Assembly: GCA_900752215.1 (NCBI GenBank)
Contig: CAADUO010000042.1
Location: 486-64,485, forward strand
Reading direction: 5' to 3'
DNA length: 64,000 nucleotides
Source: an uncultured Collinsella sp.
GTDB taxonomy: Bacteria; Actinomycetota; Coriobacteriia; Coriobacteriales; Coriobacteriaceae
Both the position numbers and the translations under genes were made by a program. The notes under the pieces are model-generated. The model was not told the origin of the DNA and did no database searches. It worked only from the letters and a program-made list of their open reading frames with translations. Shown here in pieces: positions 1 to 10,500 of this stretch. Numbering within the stretch: position 1 is the stretch's first letter; each line of letters opens with the position of its first letter.

Positions 1-289
1 GAGCCAGGACCTTACGGTCGAGCTCGATGCCGGCAACCTTCAGGCCGTGCATGAACTGAGAGTAAGAGATGTCGTTCAGGCGAGCAGCAGCGTTGATACG
101 GGTGATCCAGAGAGAACGGATCTCGCGCTTCTTGTTGCGGCGATCACGATACTGATACTGCAGGGAGTGCTGGACCTGCTCTTTAGCATGCTTGTAAGTA
201 CGCGAAGCGGCACCGTAGTAACCCTTCGCACGGTGCATAACGGTACGGCGCTTCTTCTTGGCGGCAACAGCGCGCTTAATACGTGCCAT
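1..289 (-). CDS. rplT: 50S ribosomal protein L20 (3' end runs off the window)
   Basis: Manual translation from ATG at 289: [30 protein letters not shown]...[24 protein letters not shown]...[11 protein letters not shown]. Follows rpmI. Absent from the ORF track. Confidence 0.97.
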   Translation of the reverse strand, partial: MARIKRAVAAKKKRRTVMHRAKGYYGAASRTYKHAKEQVQHSLQYQYRDRRNKKREIRSLWITRINAAARLNDISYSQFMHGLKVAGIELDRKVLA

Positions 290-335
290 GTTCTATCAAC
301 TCCTAGACGGTAAAACGAAAAACGGGAACGCGAAC

Positions 336-527
336 TTAGGCGAGACGCGACTTGATGACCTTGCGGTCGGCAGCGGCGATCTCGGTCTCCTGACGGAAGC
401 CACGCTTACGCTTGGTGGACTTCTTGCTCAGGATGTGGCTCTTGAAAGCCTTGGCGCGCATAAGCTTGCCGGTACCAGTCTTGCGGAAACGCTTCTTGGT
501 GCCGCTGTGGGACTTCATCTTAGGCAT
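336..527 (-). CDS. rpmI: 50S ribosomal protein L35
   Basis: [21 protein letters not shown]...[12 protein letters not shown]; lies between infC and rplT. Confidence 0.97.
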   Translation of the reverse strand: MPKMKSHSGTKKRFRKTGTGKLMRAKAFKSHILSKKSTKRKRGFRQETEIAAADRKVIKSRLA

Positions 528-559
528 GAAATACTCCTTAATCGGTTACAGAACACTAG

Positions 560-1114
560 TTACTTGGTATCGCTTGCCGCTTTATCTTCATCGAAGGCGC
601 CCTTAATCGGGGCGAGCAGCATAAGCATGTTACGGCCTTCCATCTTAGGCTTGGACTCGACCGTAGCGTAAGGCTTGAGATCCTCGGCGAGACGCTCGAG
701 AACGTTAAGACCCTGCTCCGGGTGAGCCATCTCACGGCCGCGGAACATGATGGTGATCTTAACGCGTGCGCCCTTCTTGAGGAAACGCAGAACGTGGCCC
801 TTCTTGGTCTCGTAATCGCCAACGTCGATCTTGGGTCGGAACTTCATTTCCTTAACCTCGACCTTGGACTGGTTCTTACGAGCGGCCTTGGCCTTCATGG
901 CCTGCTGGTACTTGAACTTACCGTAGTCCATGACCTTGCAGACCGGCGGCTCCGCGTTGGGAGCGATCTCGACCAGGTCGAGACCCTGATCGTCGGCGAC
1001 GCGCTGGGCATCGCGGATGGCGAACAGGCCGAGCTGAGAGCCATCGACGCCAATCAAACGGCACGAAGATGCAGTGATCTCGTCGTTGATGCGGGTGTCA
1101 TCAGACTTAGCTAT
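560..1114 (-). CDS. infC: Translation initiation factor IF-3, probable non-canonical ATA start
   Basis: RINDEI...LDLVEIAPNAEPPVCKVMDYGKFKY...KEMKFRPKID...MFRGRE. SD GGAGGT (1127-1122) lies 7 nt before the in-frame ATA at 1114. The ORF track uses ATG 1129. Confidence 0.95.
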   Translation of the reverse strand: MAKSDDTRINDEITASSCRLIGVDGSQLGLFAIRDAQRVADDQGLDLVEIAPNAEPPVCKVMDYGKFKYQQAMKAKAARKNQSKVEVKEMKFRPKIDVGDYETKKGHVLRFLKKGARVKITIMFRGREMAHPEQGLNVLERLAEDLKPYATVESKPKMEGRNMLMLLAPIKGAFDEDKAASDTK

Positions 1115-1130
1115 TTTCCCTACCTCCATT

Positions 1131-1290
1131 CATAAAAAAATAACCCGGCGCTTCTTTGCAACCAGGTCGTACACATAGACATCCTCGGTATGAGGAAGGG
1201 AATCTAGGTTGTATGACCAGTCAGCTGCTCATTGGCGCCAAAAGGTGGGAACCCTCGGGTTCCTCTTTAGGGCATTGCGGAAACAACGCC
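1131..1290 (-). promoter_or_regulatory. Structured leader with terminator/attenuator upstream of infC-rpmI-rplT (L20-leader-like)
   Basis: Extended -10 TGtTATTAT at 1305-1297. Hairpin GGAACC-CGAG-GGTTCC-CACC at 1266-1244. Stem-loop plus T7 tract at 1168-1134, just before the SD. Confidence 0.55.
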
Positions 1291-1331
1291 TTGCGAATAA
1301 TAACACGTACAGCGCGTTATCACATTACGTA

Positions 1332-1583
1332 CACGAAAAAGGGGGCCGCAACCCCCTTGAAGCGCAGGTGCATGTATGGTGCCCGAGGCGAGACTCGAAG
1401 GGACTTCGCTTCGCGAAGCCCCGGGCTTCGGGCGCATGGCGCCCTCGCCACGCTCCGCTACAAACAGGCCACAGGCCTGTTTGCTTAACGCTCCGCGCGC
1501 TCACGCGAGTTCGGCACGAAAAAGGGGGCCTTGACCCCCTTGAACGCTCACTTGCATGTATGGTGCCCGAGGCGAGACTCGAA
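1332..1583. repeat. Direct duplication (~184 bp period) of the tRNA-Leu 3' end plus downstream hairpin, with a structured spacer
   Basis: 1332-1399 resembles 1515-1583; 31 bp are identical (1369-1399 = 1553-1583), including the last 23 nt of the tRNA. Confidence 0.85.
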
Positions 1584-1647
1584 CTCGCACGTTGTTGCCA
1601 ACGGTGGATTTTGAGTCCACTGCGTCTGCCAATTCCGCCACTCGGGC
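1561..1647 (-). tRNA. tRNA-Leu (anticodon CAA), CCA encoded
   Basis: Reverse complement GCCCGAGTGGCGGAATTGGCAGACGCAGTGGACTCAAAATCCACCGTTGGCAACAACGTGCGAGTTCGAGTCTCGCCTCGGGCACCA; cloverleaf with long variable arm. Confidence 0.97.
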
Positions 1648-1686
1648 ACGCAATGCGTGAGTTAGTTTATCACAGCTTTCTACCGA

Positions 1687-3120
1687 TTAGTCCGAAAATG
1701 GAACTTCGAGCATTTCGATGAGTTCGACCGTGCGTAGCATCTCGCGCTGACGGCATCCGCGACCGTCGACCGAAGCCTCACCCATCTGGTTATCGTAAGG
1801 GTCCTCGCGCATGCCGTCGAAAGAGGGCTCAAACTCTGCCTGGAATCGATTGTTGGCCACCATACGCCACGGGTCGAGATTGCCAAAGTAGTGACGGCGG
1901 CGCCACTCCTCCCCCATCCTGCGAGCAGAAGATCCAAATGACACGTCGGCGTTGAGCCAACCGGTCTGCGGCGTATAGAACTCTGCCCAGTCGTGCGACC
2001 CCACCGAATCGGGCGCAACATACAGGCCGCTCTGCCAACGGGCAGGCACGCCCGCGATACGGCACATGGTGATAAACGTGAGCGCCATAACGCCGCAATC
2101 GCCGCGGAGCGAATGCGCACAGTCATCGGCAATAGATCCCAAAAGCAAGTACGGCGGCTGATAGCGATAGTCAATATACTGCGTCAGGTAATCATAGATA
2201 GCACGGGCGCGATCGAGCGGATCCTCGAGTCCGTCAACAACACCGGCCGTCAGCTGCTGCAGATACGGTGTGAATGCAATGTGCGGACGGTCCTCGGAAA
2301 TATCCTCGGGCAGAGGCGCGTCCATACGCGGATGAACCGGAAGTGTGCCACCGTAGACATCACAATAAGCAGCACCGATGTGATAACGATAGGTCACCGA
2401 GAATGAGCGTTCACTCGAAGAAGACCACGAGGCGGTACGCGCCGAAGCGTTCGCGGGAGCAACAGCACCCTCCGGCGTCATGTCGAGAATCTCGACCCGA
2501 GACTGCTGGTGGCAGGTGGCGGCAACGGGAAGCCAAGCGCGAACGGTCTCCCCCTCTAGAGCGCCGGGGACAGACACAGATGCTTTAAGCGTAATGACGC
2601 GAGCCAATCCGTTTTGCGACTCCATCTCCTTGAGCATTTCGTTGCGCAGTGCAATTCCGTCCGTAGGATCGGGACGCATGCCGGGAACCTCTTTGGGATA
2701 TACGCGAAGCGAATCGAGGAAGTTGTCGAGAACGAACAGCTCGCCGTCGATAAAGCGCCAGTCAATACGCTTACGGTCAATCAGATCGTTAAACTGCTCC
2801 TCGGTAAACTCAGGCCACTCCTCGCGAATCATCGCAATAGCTCGATCGCGCGACACCGAAAAATGAAGCGGCGTCTCAAGCATGCGATACCGCTCGGCAC
2901 GAACGCAGGCGGCAAGCGAGGGATCGGGATTTTGGGCAAGTAGGCGGTCGCAAGCCTCAATAGCCTGCGAAAGATACCCCGCGTCCTTTAAACGCAGAAT
3001 CTCGGGTGGCAAGCCAACATCTAGAAAACGGAAGTCATCATTGCAAACATCAACAGAGCAACCAACAGGACCCTCGTCAATAACCTTCCCATCCGAAGGC
3101 AGCACATTAATAACAGCCAT
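1687..3120 (-). CDS. Transglutaminase-like (Cys-His-Asp) domain protein
   Basis: RARAIYDYL...GDCG...CRIAGVPARWQSG...HDWAEFY...GWLNADVS. Start placed at ATG 3120 (GGAG SD); ATG 3156 overlaps a TACAAT -10 box. Confidence 0.8.
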   Translation of the reverse strand: MAVINVLPSDGKVIDEGPVGCSVDVCNDDFRFLDVGLPPEILRLKDAGYLSQAIEACDRLLAQNPDPSLAACVRAERYRMLETPLHFSVSRDRAIAMIREEWPEFTEEQFNDLIDRKRIDWRFIDGELFVLDNFLDSLRVYPKEVPGMRPDPTDGIALRNEMLKEMESQNGLARVITLKASVSVPGALEGETVRAWLPVAATCHQQSRVEILDMTPEGAVAPANASARTASWSSSSERSFSVTYRYHIGAAYCDVYGGTLPVHPRMDAPLPEDISEDRPHIAFTPYLQQLTAGVVDGLEDPLDRARAIYDYLTQYIDYRYQPPYLLLGSIADDCAHSLRGDCGVMALTFITMCRIAGVPARWQSGLYVAPDSVGSHDWAEFYTPQTGWLNADVSFGSSARRMGEEWRRRHYFGNLDPWRMVANNRFQAEFEPSFDGMREDPYDNQMGEASVDGRGCRQREMLRTVELIEMLEVPFSD

Positions 3121-3260
3121 ACCAAACTCCAAGTCATCAGAACTCTTGAAGTCCATTGTAGCGAGATAAAAAAGAAAGCCCCAACAAGGGAGCCATCAAC
3201 ACCGCCGAGCGGTAGTCAAAAAATGAATTCAGCCCAGTAACCCTGTAGCGAGTTAACGAA

Positions 3261-3353
3261 GGAGGCCCCGTTCACCCGAAGCTTTTCCCATTGCGCGACT
3301 TCTGGCAAAGCCAGGTGAGCGCAAGGGAAAAGCGTAGGGCGAACGGGGCCTCC
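3261..3353. repeat. Long imperfect inverted repeat (~93-nt hairpin), REP/MITE-like
   Basis: GGAGGCCCCGTTC..GCTTTTCCC.TTGCGC pairs with GCGCAAGGGAAAAGC..GAACGGGGCCTCC. Confidence 0.75.
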
Positions 3354-3375
3354 GACGGGAAAGTTAAACCGCTAC

Positions 3376-4242
3376 TTACGCCTTGTTGACGGAGCCAAAC
3401 TCCTCCATGAGCTCCTTGGTGCGGGCAACGATGTTGTCGCGACCAGGCTTGAGGAGCTTGCGGGGGTCAAAGCCCTTGCCCTGCTGATCCTTGCCAGCCT
3501 CGATGTACTCGCGGACGCCCTTGGCGAAGACGAGCTGCAGGTCGGTGTTGACGTTGATCTTGGAGATACCCAGGGAGATGGCCTTCTTGATCTGATCCTC
3601 GGGGATGCCGGTGCCACCGTGCAGAACGAGGGGCAGGTCGCCGGTCTCGGCCTTGATCTCGCCCAGACGCTCGAAGGAAAGGCCAGCCCAGTCGGCGGGA
3701 TACACGCCGTGGATGTTGCCGATACCGCAGGCGAGGAAGTCGACGCCCAGGTCAGCAATCTGCTTGCACTCAGCGGGGTCAGCGAGCTCGCCGTTGGAGG
3801 TCACGCCGTCCTCGGTGCCGCCGATGCCGCCGACCTCGGCCTCGATGGACATGCCCTTGGAGTGGGCAAGCTCAACGAGCTCCTTGGTGCGGTCGAGGTT
3901 AAGCTGGAAGGTCTCCTCGTGAGAGCCGTCATACATGATGGACGTGAAGCCGGCCTCGATGCACTTGAAGCAGTCCTCGTAAGAACCGTGATCGAGGTGA
4001 AGGGCGACGGGAACGGTAACGCCCGTAGCCTCGACGGCAGCCTTGACCATGTCGGCGCAGACCTTGAAACCGCCCATCCACTTAGCGGCACCAGCGGTGC
4101 ACTGAAGGATCAGCGGAGACTTGGCCTCCTCGGCGGCCTGGAGAATAGCCAAGGTCCACTCGAGGTTGTTGGTGTTGAAGGCACCGAGAGCGTACTTGCC
4201 GGCCTCGGCCTTCTTGAGCATGTCTGCTGCGTTGACGAGCAT
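3376..4242 (-). CDS. fba: Class II fructose-1,6-bisphosphate aldolase
   Basis: GAFNTNNLE, VALHLDHG, FTSIMYDGS, GNIHG, PLVLHGGTG, KINVNT. Start MLVNA at 4242 after GGAGG. Confidence 0.95.
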   Translation of the reverse strand: MLVNAADMLKKAEAGKYALGAFNTNNLEWTLAILQAAEEAKSPLILQCTAGAAKWMGGFKVCADMVKAAVEATGVTVPVALHLDHGSYEDCFKCIEAGFTSIMYDGSHEETFQLNLDRTKELVELAHSKGMSIEAEVGGIGGTEDGVTSNGELADPAECKQIADLGVDFLACGIGNIHGVYPADWAGLSFERLGEIKAETGDLPLVLHGGTGIPEDQIKKAISLGISKINVNTDLQLVFAKGVREYIEAGKDQQGKGFDPRKLLKPGRDNIVARTKELMEEFGSVNKA

Positions 4243-4436
4243 AAAAGAAACCTCCTGTAAGGTTGCTCCGATAACGCCTGAGATTTTACCACGACATACC
4301 CGAGCATAAACGTTCGTTTGTTCACGAATACCATCCGATTGGACAAATTTTGACCGTTTGCCCCACAGAATCGACCCACTGGGGAAAATAGCTTGACGAT
4401 TGAGCGGTCTTCGTGGTTCGAAAGACGGCTTCGAGC

Positions 4437-5126
4437 CTACATCTGCATAAACGGATTCTGCATAAGTTCGCGCGCCATCGTGGTCGAATCGCCATGGCCC
4501 GTCAAGCAAACGGTATCGGGCGGAAGCGTCTTGGCAAGTTTGGAGAGCGAGCGCATAATCGCCGCCTCGTCACCGCCGGAAAGATCGGTACGACCGTGGC
4601 TGCCCGGGAAAAGCGTGTCGCCCACAAAGGCGATGTTCCCCTGCTCGGTCGCGGCGAACAGGACGATGCCGCCCGGCGTATGCCCCGGCGTCTCGATCAC
4701 CTGCAGGCAGACGTCGCCCACCTCGATTGTATCGCCCTCGGCAAGCAAACGCGTCGGCTCACCCGGATCGGGCGTCTCGATACCCCACATGGTGCGCTGC
4801 TCCTCGATATTTGCGCGAGGTACCGTCACGTCCTTAGCGCACAACTCATATAGCGCGCCGTCGCCAACGACAGCTCGAACCCCGGCAACCCCGCCAACAT
4901 GGTCGGCATGACCGTGCGTGCAGACAGAGCCGAGTACGCGCACCTCAGGATGCGCGGTGCGGATATGCTCCACAAGACGCTCGCCCTCCCACGCCGGATC
5001 GACGATTAAGCACTCGTCATTCGAAATCACGGCGTAGCTGTTGGTCTGAATCGGGCCGTTGACGAGCGCCTCAATCGAAGCCGCGCCTCGGGGTGTCAGG
5101 TCCAAAGTCATATCGTCCATGCGCAT
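4437..5126 (-). CDS. MBL-fold metallo-hydrolase (glyoxalase II/YcbL-like)
   Basis: THGHADHVGG, ETPGHTPGG, GDTLF, GHG; typical position downstream of rel. Confidence 0.88.
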   Translation of the reverse strand: MRMDDMTLDLTPRGAASIEALVNGPIQTNSYAVISNDECLIVDPAWEGERLVEHIRTAHPEVRVLGSVCTHGHADHVGGVAGVRAVVGDGALYELCAKDVTVPRANIEEQRTMWGIETPDPGEPTRLLAEGDTIEVGDVCLQVIETPGHTPGGIVLFAATEQGNIAFVGDTLFPGSHGRTDLSGGDEAAIMRSLSKLAKTLPPDTVCLTGHGDSTTMARELMQNPFMQM

Positions 5127-5141
5127 ACCCTCCTTCTAAAA

Positions 5142-5175
5142 TACGTTCGAGGCACCAAACGATGCCTCGAACGTA
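5142..5175. terminator. Hairpin downstream of rel
   Basis: TACGTTCGAGGCA / TGCCTCGAACGTA perfect 13-bp stem. Confidence 0.6.
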
Positions 5176-5208
5176 ACCAATATCTATGATGCTGAGAGGC
5201 TCTCGCAC

Positions 5209-7569
5209 CTACACACGGCGCTTAAGCTGGGCTCCACCCTCGCCGGGCATCAGGCGGCGCGCGTCGTAGACCGAGTCGACGCTGCTGATAGAGGCCAGCA
5301 GCGGATCCAGACCACTCGCGTCCGAGATCTCGACCATAAAGCGCAGGGTTGCAATACCCTCGCGGTTGGTCGACGTGGCAGCGGAAAGGATATTGCCGCC
5401 CGCATCGCCAATGGCAATGGTGACATCCTTGAGCAGGCCCATGCGGTCCAGGCACTCGACCACGATCTCGACCTGGAAGAGGGTGTCGGCAGCGCCGTCC
5501 CACTCCACATCGATCATGCGCTCGGGATGTTCCATAAGACCCTTGACGTTAGGGCAGTTGGCGCGATGCACCGAAACGCCGCGACCGCGCGTGATGAAGC
5601 CGACGATGTCGTCGCCCGTCACGGGGTTGCAGCAATGAGCCAGACGGACCAGCAGGCCGCTGTTGCTCTCGCCCTTGACGATAATGCCGTTACTGGCGCT
5701 CTTGCCGCGCTTTTGCGGCTTGCGGTTGGAGCCGCGAGCGGGCTGCTTCACGACCTCGGCGATAGCCTCGGCCTTGGTGAGCTGTTCCTCGGGCTTGGGG
5801 TCCAAGATTTGCTCGACCTTATTGCCCACAGCGCGCGGGGCAACCTTGCCGGCGCCGACGGCGGCAAACAGGTCCTCGAGCTGCTTGAAGTTAAACTGCT
5901 CCGCCACGGCGTTGAGTGCACGCGTCGAACGCGGCGTAGAAATGCCATAGCCACGCTTACGCAGGTCCTTGGCCAGCATATCGCGGCCGGCAGCAGCGTC
6001 ATCGTCTTTGGTCGCGGCGGCGAAGTAGCGGCGGATCTTTGACTTGGCCGAAGGTGTCTTAACGATCTTGAGCCAGTCGCGCGACGGCTTGGAGCTCTTG
6101 TTGGTCAGGATCTCGACACGGTCACCCGTCTTAATCTCGTGCGTGAGCGGAGCCACCGCACCGTTGATCTTAGCGCCGACGCAGTGGTTGCCCACCTCGG
6201 TGTGGACGGCGTAGGCAAAGTCGAGCGGCGTGGAGCCGGCACGAAGCGCCATGACCTCACCCTTGGGCGTAAAGACGAAAATCTCCTGATCGAAGAGGTC
6301 GACCTTCAGCGAGTGCAGGTATTCCTTGGCGTCGGTGATCTCATCAGACGCAGCCCAATCGAGCGAATGCTTGAGCCAGTTAATCTGGTCGTCCAGACGC
6401 TGGGCATCATTGGTCTTAGACGCAGACGATCCGCCCGACTTCTTATATAGCCAGTGGGCGGCAATGCCGTACTCGGCCTGCTCATGCATCTCGTAGGTTC
6501 GAATCTGAATCTCGAGCGGACGAGCCGTAGGGCCGATGACCGTCGTGTGGAGCGACTGGTAGTTATTGACCTTAGGCATGGCGATATAGTCTTTAAAGCG
6601 ACCAGGCATGGGGTGCCACAGCGTATGCACCGCACCGAGCGTGGAGTAGCAATCGCGCACCGAATGGGTAATAACGCGCAGCGCCACCAGGTCGTAGATC
6701 TCGGAGAACTCCTTGCCCTTGCGCTTCATCTTTTGGTAGATGGACCAATAGTGCTTGGAACGGCCGTTGATCTGGAAGTCCTCCAGACCAATGCGGTTGA
6801 GCTCATCGGTAAGCGTCTTGATGGTCTCGGCAAGGTAGCGCTCGCGGACCTCGCGCGACTCAGCCACCATGCGCGCGATGCGCTGGTAGGCATCGGGCTC
6901 CAGGTAGAAGAAGGACAGGTCCTCGAGCTCCCACTTAATAGAGCTCATGCCCAGACGGTCGGCCAGGGGCGCATACACGTCCATGGTCTCGCGAGCCTTG
7001 AACAGGCGACGATCCTCGCGCAGGGCTGCCAGCGTACGCATGTTGTGCAGACGGTCGGCAAGTTTAACGATGATGACGCGAATGTCCTTGGACATGGCGA
7101 GGAACATCTTGCGCAGCGTGAGCGCCTGTTTCTCGTCCATGCTGTCGACTTCGATGTTGGTGAGCTTGGTCACGCCATCGACGAGCTCGGCCACCGTATC
7201 GCCAAACAGGCTGGAAACATCGGTGAGCGAGGTCTCGGTATCCTCGACGGTATCGTGCAGCAGCGCGGCACACACCACATCGCAGTCCATCTTGAGATCG
7301 GCCAAAATGATGGCAACCTCGACGGGATGGTTAATGTACATCTCGCCCGAGCGGCGCTTTTGGTTGCAGTGCTTCTCGGCGGCAAAGCAGTAGGCCTGCT
7401 CAACCTTAGAAAAGTCGTCCTCATTCATATATTTGAGGCACAGGCGCTCCAGCTTGTCGTAGCTGTCCGCCATAATCTCGGGCGGCAGCTCATCGGCATG
7501 CTTATAGTGCTCCATCTCCGAAAACGGCTGGAGGGTGGAATCATGGGCGGTACGGGCTGCGGCATCCAT
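5209..7569 (-). CDS. rel: Bifunctional (p)ppGpp synthetase/hydrolase Rel
   Basis: HD hydrolase (ALLHDTVED, VKLADRLHNMRT), synthetase (YQSLHTT, EIQIRT), TGS (TPLDFAYAVHT), ZFD (CCNP..GD), ACT (DRMGLLKD). Confidence 0.97.
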   Translation of the reverse strand: MDAAARTAHDSTLQPFSEMEHYKHADELPPEIMADSYDKLERLCLKYMNEDDFSKVEQAYCFAAEKHCNQKRRSGEMYINHPVEVAIILADLKMDCDVVCAALLHDTVEDTETSLTDVSSLFGDTVAELVDGVTKLTNIEVDSMDEKQALTLRKMFLAMSKDIRVIIVKLADRLHNMRTLAALREDRRLFKARETMDVYAPLADRLGMSSIKWELEDLSFFYLEPDAYQRIARMVAESREVRERYLAETIKTLTDELNRIGLEDFQINGRSKHYWSIYQKMKRKGKEFSEIYDLVALRVITHSVRDCYSTLGAVHTLWHPMPGRFKDYIAMPKVNNYQSLHTTVIGPTARPLEIQIRTYEMHEQAEYGIAAHWLYKKSGGSSASKTNDAQRLDDQINWLKHSLDWAASDEITDAKEYLHSLKVDLFDQEIFVFTPKGEVMALRAGSTPLDFAYAVHTEVGNHCVGAKINGAVAPLTHEIKTGDRVEILTNKSSKPSRDWLKIVKTPSAKSKIRRYFAAATKDDDAAAGRDMLAKDLRKRGYGISTPRSTRALNAVAEQFNFKQLEDLFAAVGAGKVAPRAVGNKVEQILDPKPEEQLTKAEAIAEVVKQPARGSNRKPQKRGKSASNGIIVKGESNSGLLVRLAHCCNPVTGDDIVGFITRGRGVSVHRANCPNVKGLMEHPERMIDVEWDGAADTLFQVEIVVECLDRMGLLKDVTIAIGDAGGNILSAATSTNREGIATLRFMVEISDASGLDPLLASISSVDSVYDARRLMPGEGGAQLKRRV

Positions 7570-7584
7570 CGAGGTCCCCTTCCC

Positions 7585-10500
7585 CTAGGCCCGCGGTACG
7601 ATCGGGCGGTTAACTTTGGCTAGCATATCAGAAGCGCACGAATCGAGCGCCCAACTCCGGAAAGCCGAGAACTCCATGCGCGAGCGCAAACCCTCCAAAT
7701 AGCGAATTGACCTGCTCAATTGCACGCGGCCGGGGTTTTCGGCCATCGCAATGCGACGGGTGTCGTCAAACCCCGAAACTCGACAGAAACCAAGCTCTTC
7801 GAAGATTCCCAGGCCGCTTTCCACCGAACGCTCGTCGACCGGCGTGCGAGCATCGATGGCAAGGCACATCTGCGCGATGTCGATATCGCTCGCGCTAAAG
7901 GAATCGTCCCCGGTTTTGCCGCGGTTGGAGCGCCACATGGTCTGCAGCGCGCGATAGAGCGTGACGAGCTCGTCGCGCTCGGGCGCATAGCAGTCGAGCA
8001 GGCGCTCGTTAATGCGGGCGTCGCGCGACGAATAGAGCAGATGGATCACGGCGGGCTGGCCATCGCGGCCGGCACGTCCGCTCATCTGGTTGAACTCGAT
8101 GGCGCCAAACGGCATGTGGTAGAGCACGACATGGCGGATATCGGGCAGGTTGACACCCTCGCCAAAGGCGGAGGTCGAAACGATGCAGCTGAGGCTTCCG
8201 TCTCGGAATGCTTCCTCCACGCGACGGCGATCGGAACGCGCAAGCCCCGCGTTATAGAACGCGATATGGGTTGCGCAATCGGGCACACGCTTGCGCAACG
8301 TCTTGGCGAGCGCCACGGACTGGTCGCGCGAATTGACGTAGATGACGGTCTTTTCCCCCGTCGCCACAATCGACACCAAACGGTTCTCGCGACTTGCAAG
8401 ATCACGGTCGTCCTCGAGCCGCAGGTTCTCGCGCACCGTCTCGTCGACCACCGTGCGAGTGATCGGCAGCATGCGGGCAAGCTCGGCCACGACCGGAGCC
8501 GTCGCGGTGGCCGTCGCAGCCATAACGACCGGGTCGCCCAGGGCTTTGAGGATATCGGGCATGTCGAGATAGGCGCTGCGGTCGCCGCCCTTGGCAAGGC
8601 CGGCGTGGTGCGCCTCATCGATAACGACAAAGCCGATGCGGCCCGAACGCGCGAAGCGGTCACGGTGGATAGACAGGAACTCGGGCGTCGTGAGCACGAT
8701 ACCGGTGCGGCCCGAAGCCAGGCCGGCGAACACGTTATCGCGCGCCACCTCCACGGTCTCGCCGGTCAACACGCCGACGCCAATGCCGAGCGCGGCCATC
8801 GTCGACGAGAGGTGATAGGCCTGGTCGGCAACGAGCGCGCGCAGCGGATAGACAAAGATGCTCGCACGCCCGCGAAGAACCGCCTCGCGCGCGGCATGCA
8901 CATGGAAGATGAGCGACTTGCCGCGCCCCGTTCCCATAACGGCCAGAACACTTTGGTGATCAACCAGGGCATCGAGCGCCTCGACCTGCGCGCGGTGCGG
9001 CTGGTTCGAGCCTATAAAGCTATGGATAAGCGAGCGCGTAAGCTCAGCATAAGAAAGCTGGGCGAGCGTCTCGCGTTTACGCGACTCCAGGCGCAGACCA
9101 GAATCCGCCGGTTGCACGCCGCGGCGAAGTTCACATGCCGGATCGTCGATATTGGACGCCGTGGTATCGCGCACCAAGACATCCTTGATCATGAGCTTGG
9201 GCTTCACACGCCCCTGCCAATGCTCGGCAACGGCCTCGAACACCAAGTCGACAGCGCTATCGCAGTTGATGAGCTTATCGATTTGTGGCACGCGGAACAT
9301 AATGGCCGGCACGCTCGCGGCGCCATCGGTCGCCACAAAGCGCATGTGCTCGCCGGTTTTGCCCACCACGGCGCGATCGCACATCGTCACGCCCTCGGCG
9401 GCCAGCAGCGGCACCTTGTTGCCCTGGCCAAACGGCTCAAGACGGGAAATCTGCTCTATAGTCTCGATATTCAGCTCGGAAAGGTCGACCGTGGCGGCAA
9501 CCTCGTCGATGTCTTCAAAGTCCTCGGCGGGAATCTCCGATAGCACGGCGGAAAGGCGACGACGGAATTCATCGAGCTTGGATGCCTCGATGGTCACACC
9601 CACCGCACCGGCATGTCCGCCGCGACGAATCAGCAGGTCGGAACAGCGCTCGACGGCGTCAAACAGGTTAACTTTGCCCACCGAGCGACCAGAGCCGCGC
9701 GCGATACCGTCCTCGATCGAGAACAGCAGTGCCGGCACGTGATAGCGGTTGGTCAGACGGCTTGCCACGATGCCCTTGACGCCCTCGTGCCAGCCTTCAC
9801 CGCCCACGACGATCGCGCGTCCGCCGTCATAGGTCTCCTCGACCTTTGCCATGGCATCGCGCGTGAGCTCCGCCTCGATCTCACGGCGCTGGCGGTTGAT
9901 TTCCTCGAGCTCAGCCGCCAGCGCGCTTGCTTCGATGGGATTGTGGGCAAGCAGCAGGTCGAGCGCCAGCTTGGGATCGGCCATGCGACCGGCAGCGTTT
10001 AAACGGGGAATGAGCGAGAATGACAGGCCATCCGCCGTAATGCTCGAAAGGTCCGCCTTGGCAAGCGCGGCAAGCGCGATATAGCCGGGGCGAGCGGTTA
10101 CGCGCATCTGCTGGATGCCCTCGGCAACCAGCGCGCGGTTCTCGGGCGTGAGCGGCATCATGTCGGACACGGTGCCCAGCGCCGCGACCTCGATTAGCGA
10201 ACGCCAATACGACGGCTTGCCCAGGCGCTCACCCAGGACTTGCACCAGCTTGAGCGCCACACCAGCACCGGCAAGCTCACGCGAGGGGCCCTCGTCCTCG
10301 AGCTTGGGGTCGGTCAGGGGCACACCCTGCGGCACCTGGTCGGAGGGCTCGTGATGGTCCGTGACCACCAAATCGATCCCCAGGCTCTCCAGATAGGAAA
10401 CCTCTTCCTTGGCGGCAATGCCGTTATCGACGGTCACGATCAGCTGGGGGCGAGCGAGCTCGTTAACGCGGTCGAGCGCCGCGCGCGAAAGACCGTAGCC

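Noticed and set aside
1369..1583. Prophage or genomic island integrated at tRNA-Leu
   Set aside because: Only about 115 bp of unique sequence lies between the repeats and no integrase or phage genes occur in the window
3376..4509. Extended N-termini in the ORF track (fba 4509, recJ 10917, livK 20312, purL 24683, GGDEF 31134 and others)
   Set aside because: Downstream starts have proper SD sequences and match family N-termini; the extensions overlap neighbours or promoters
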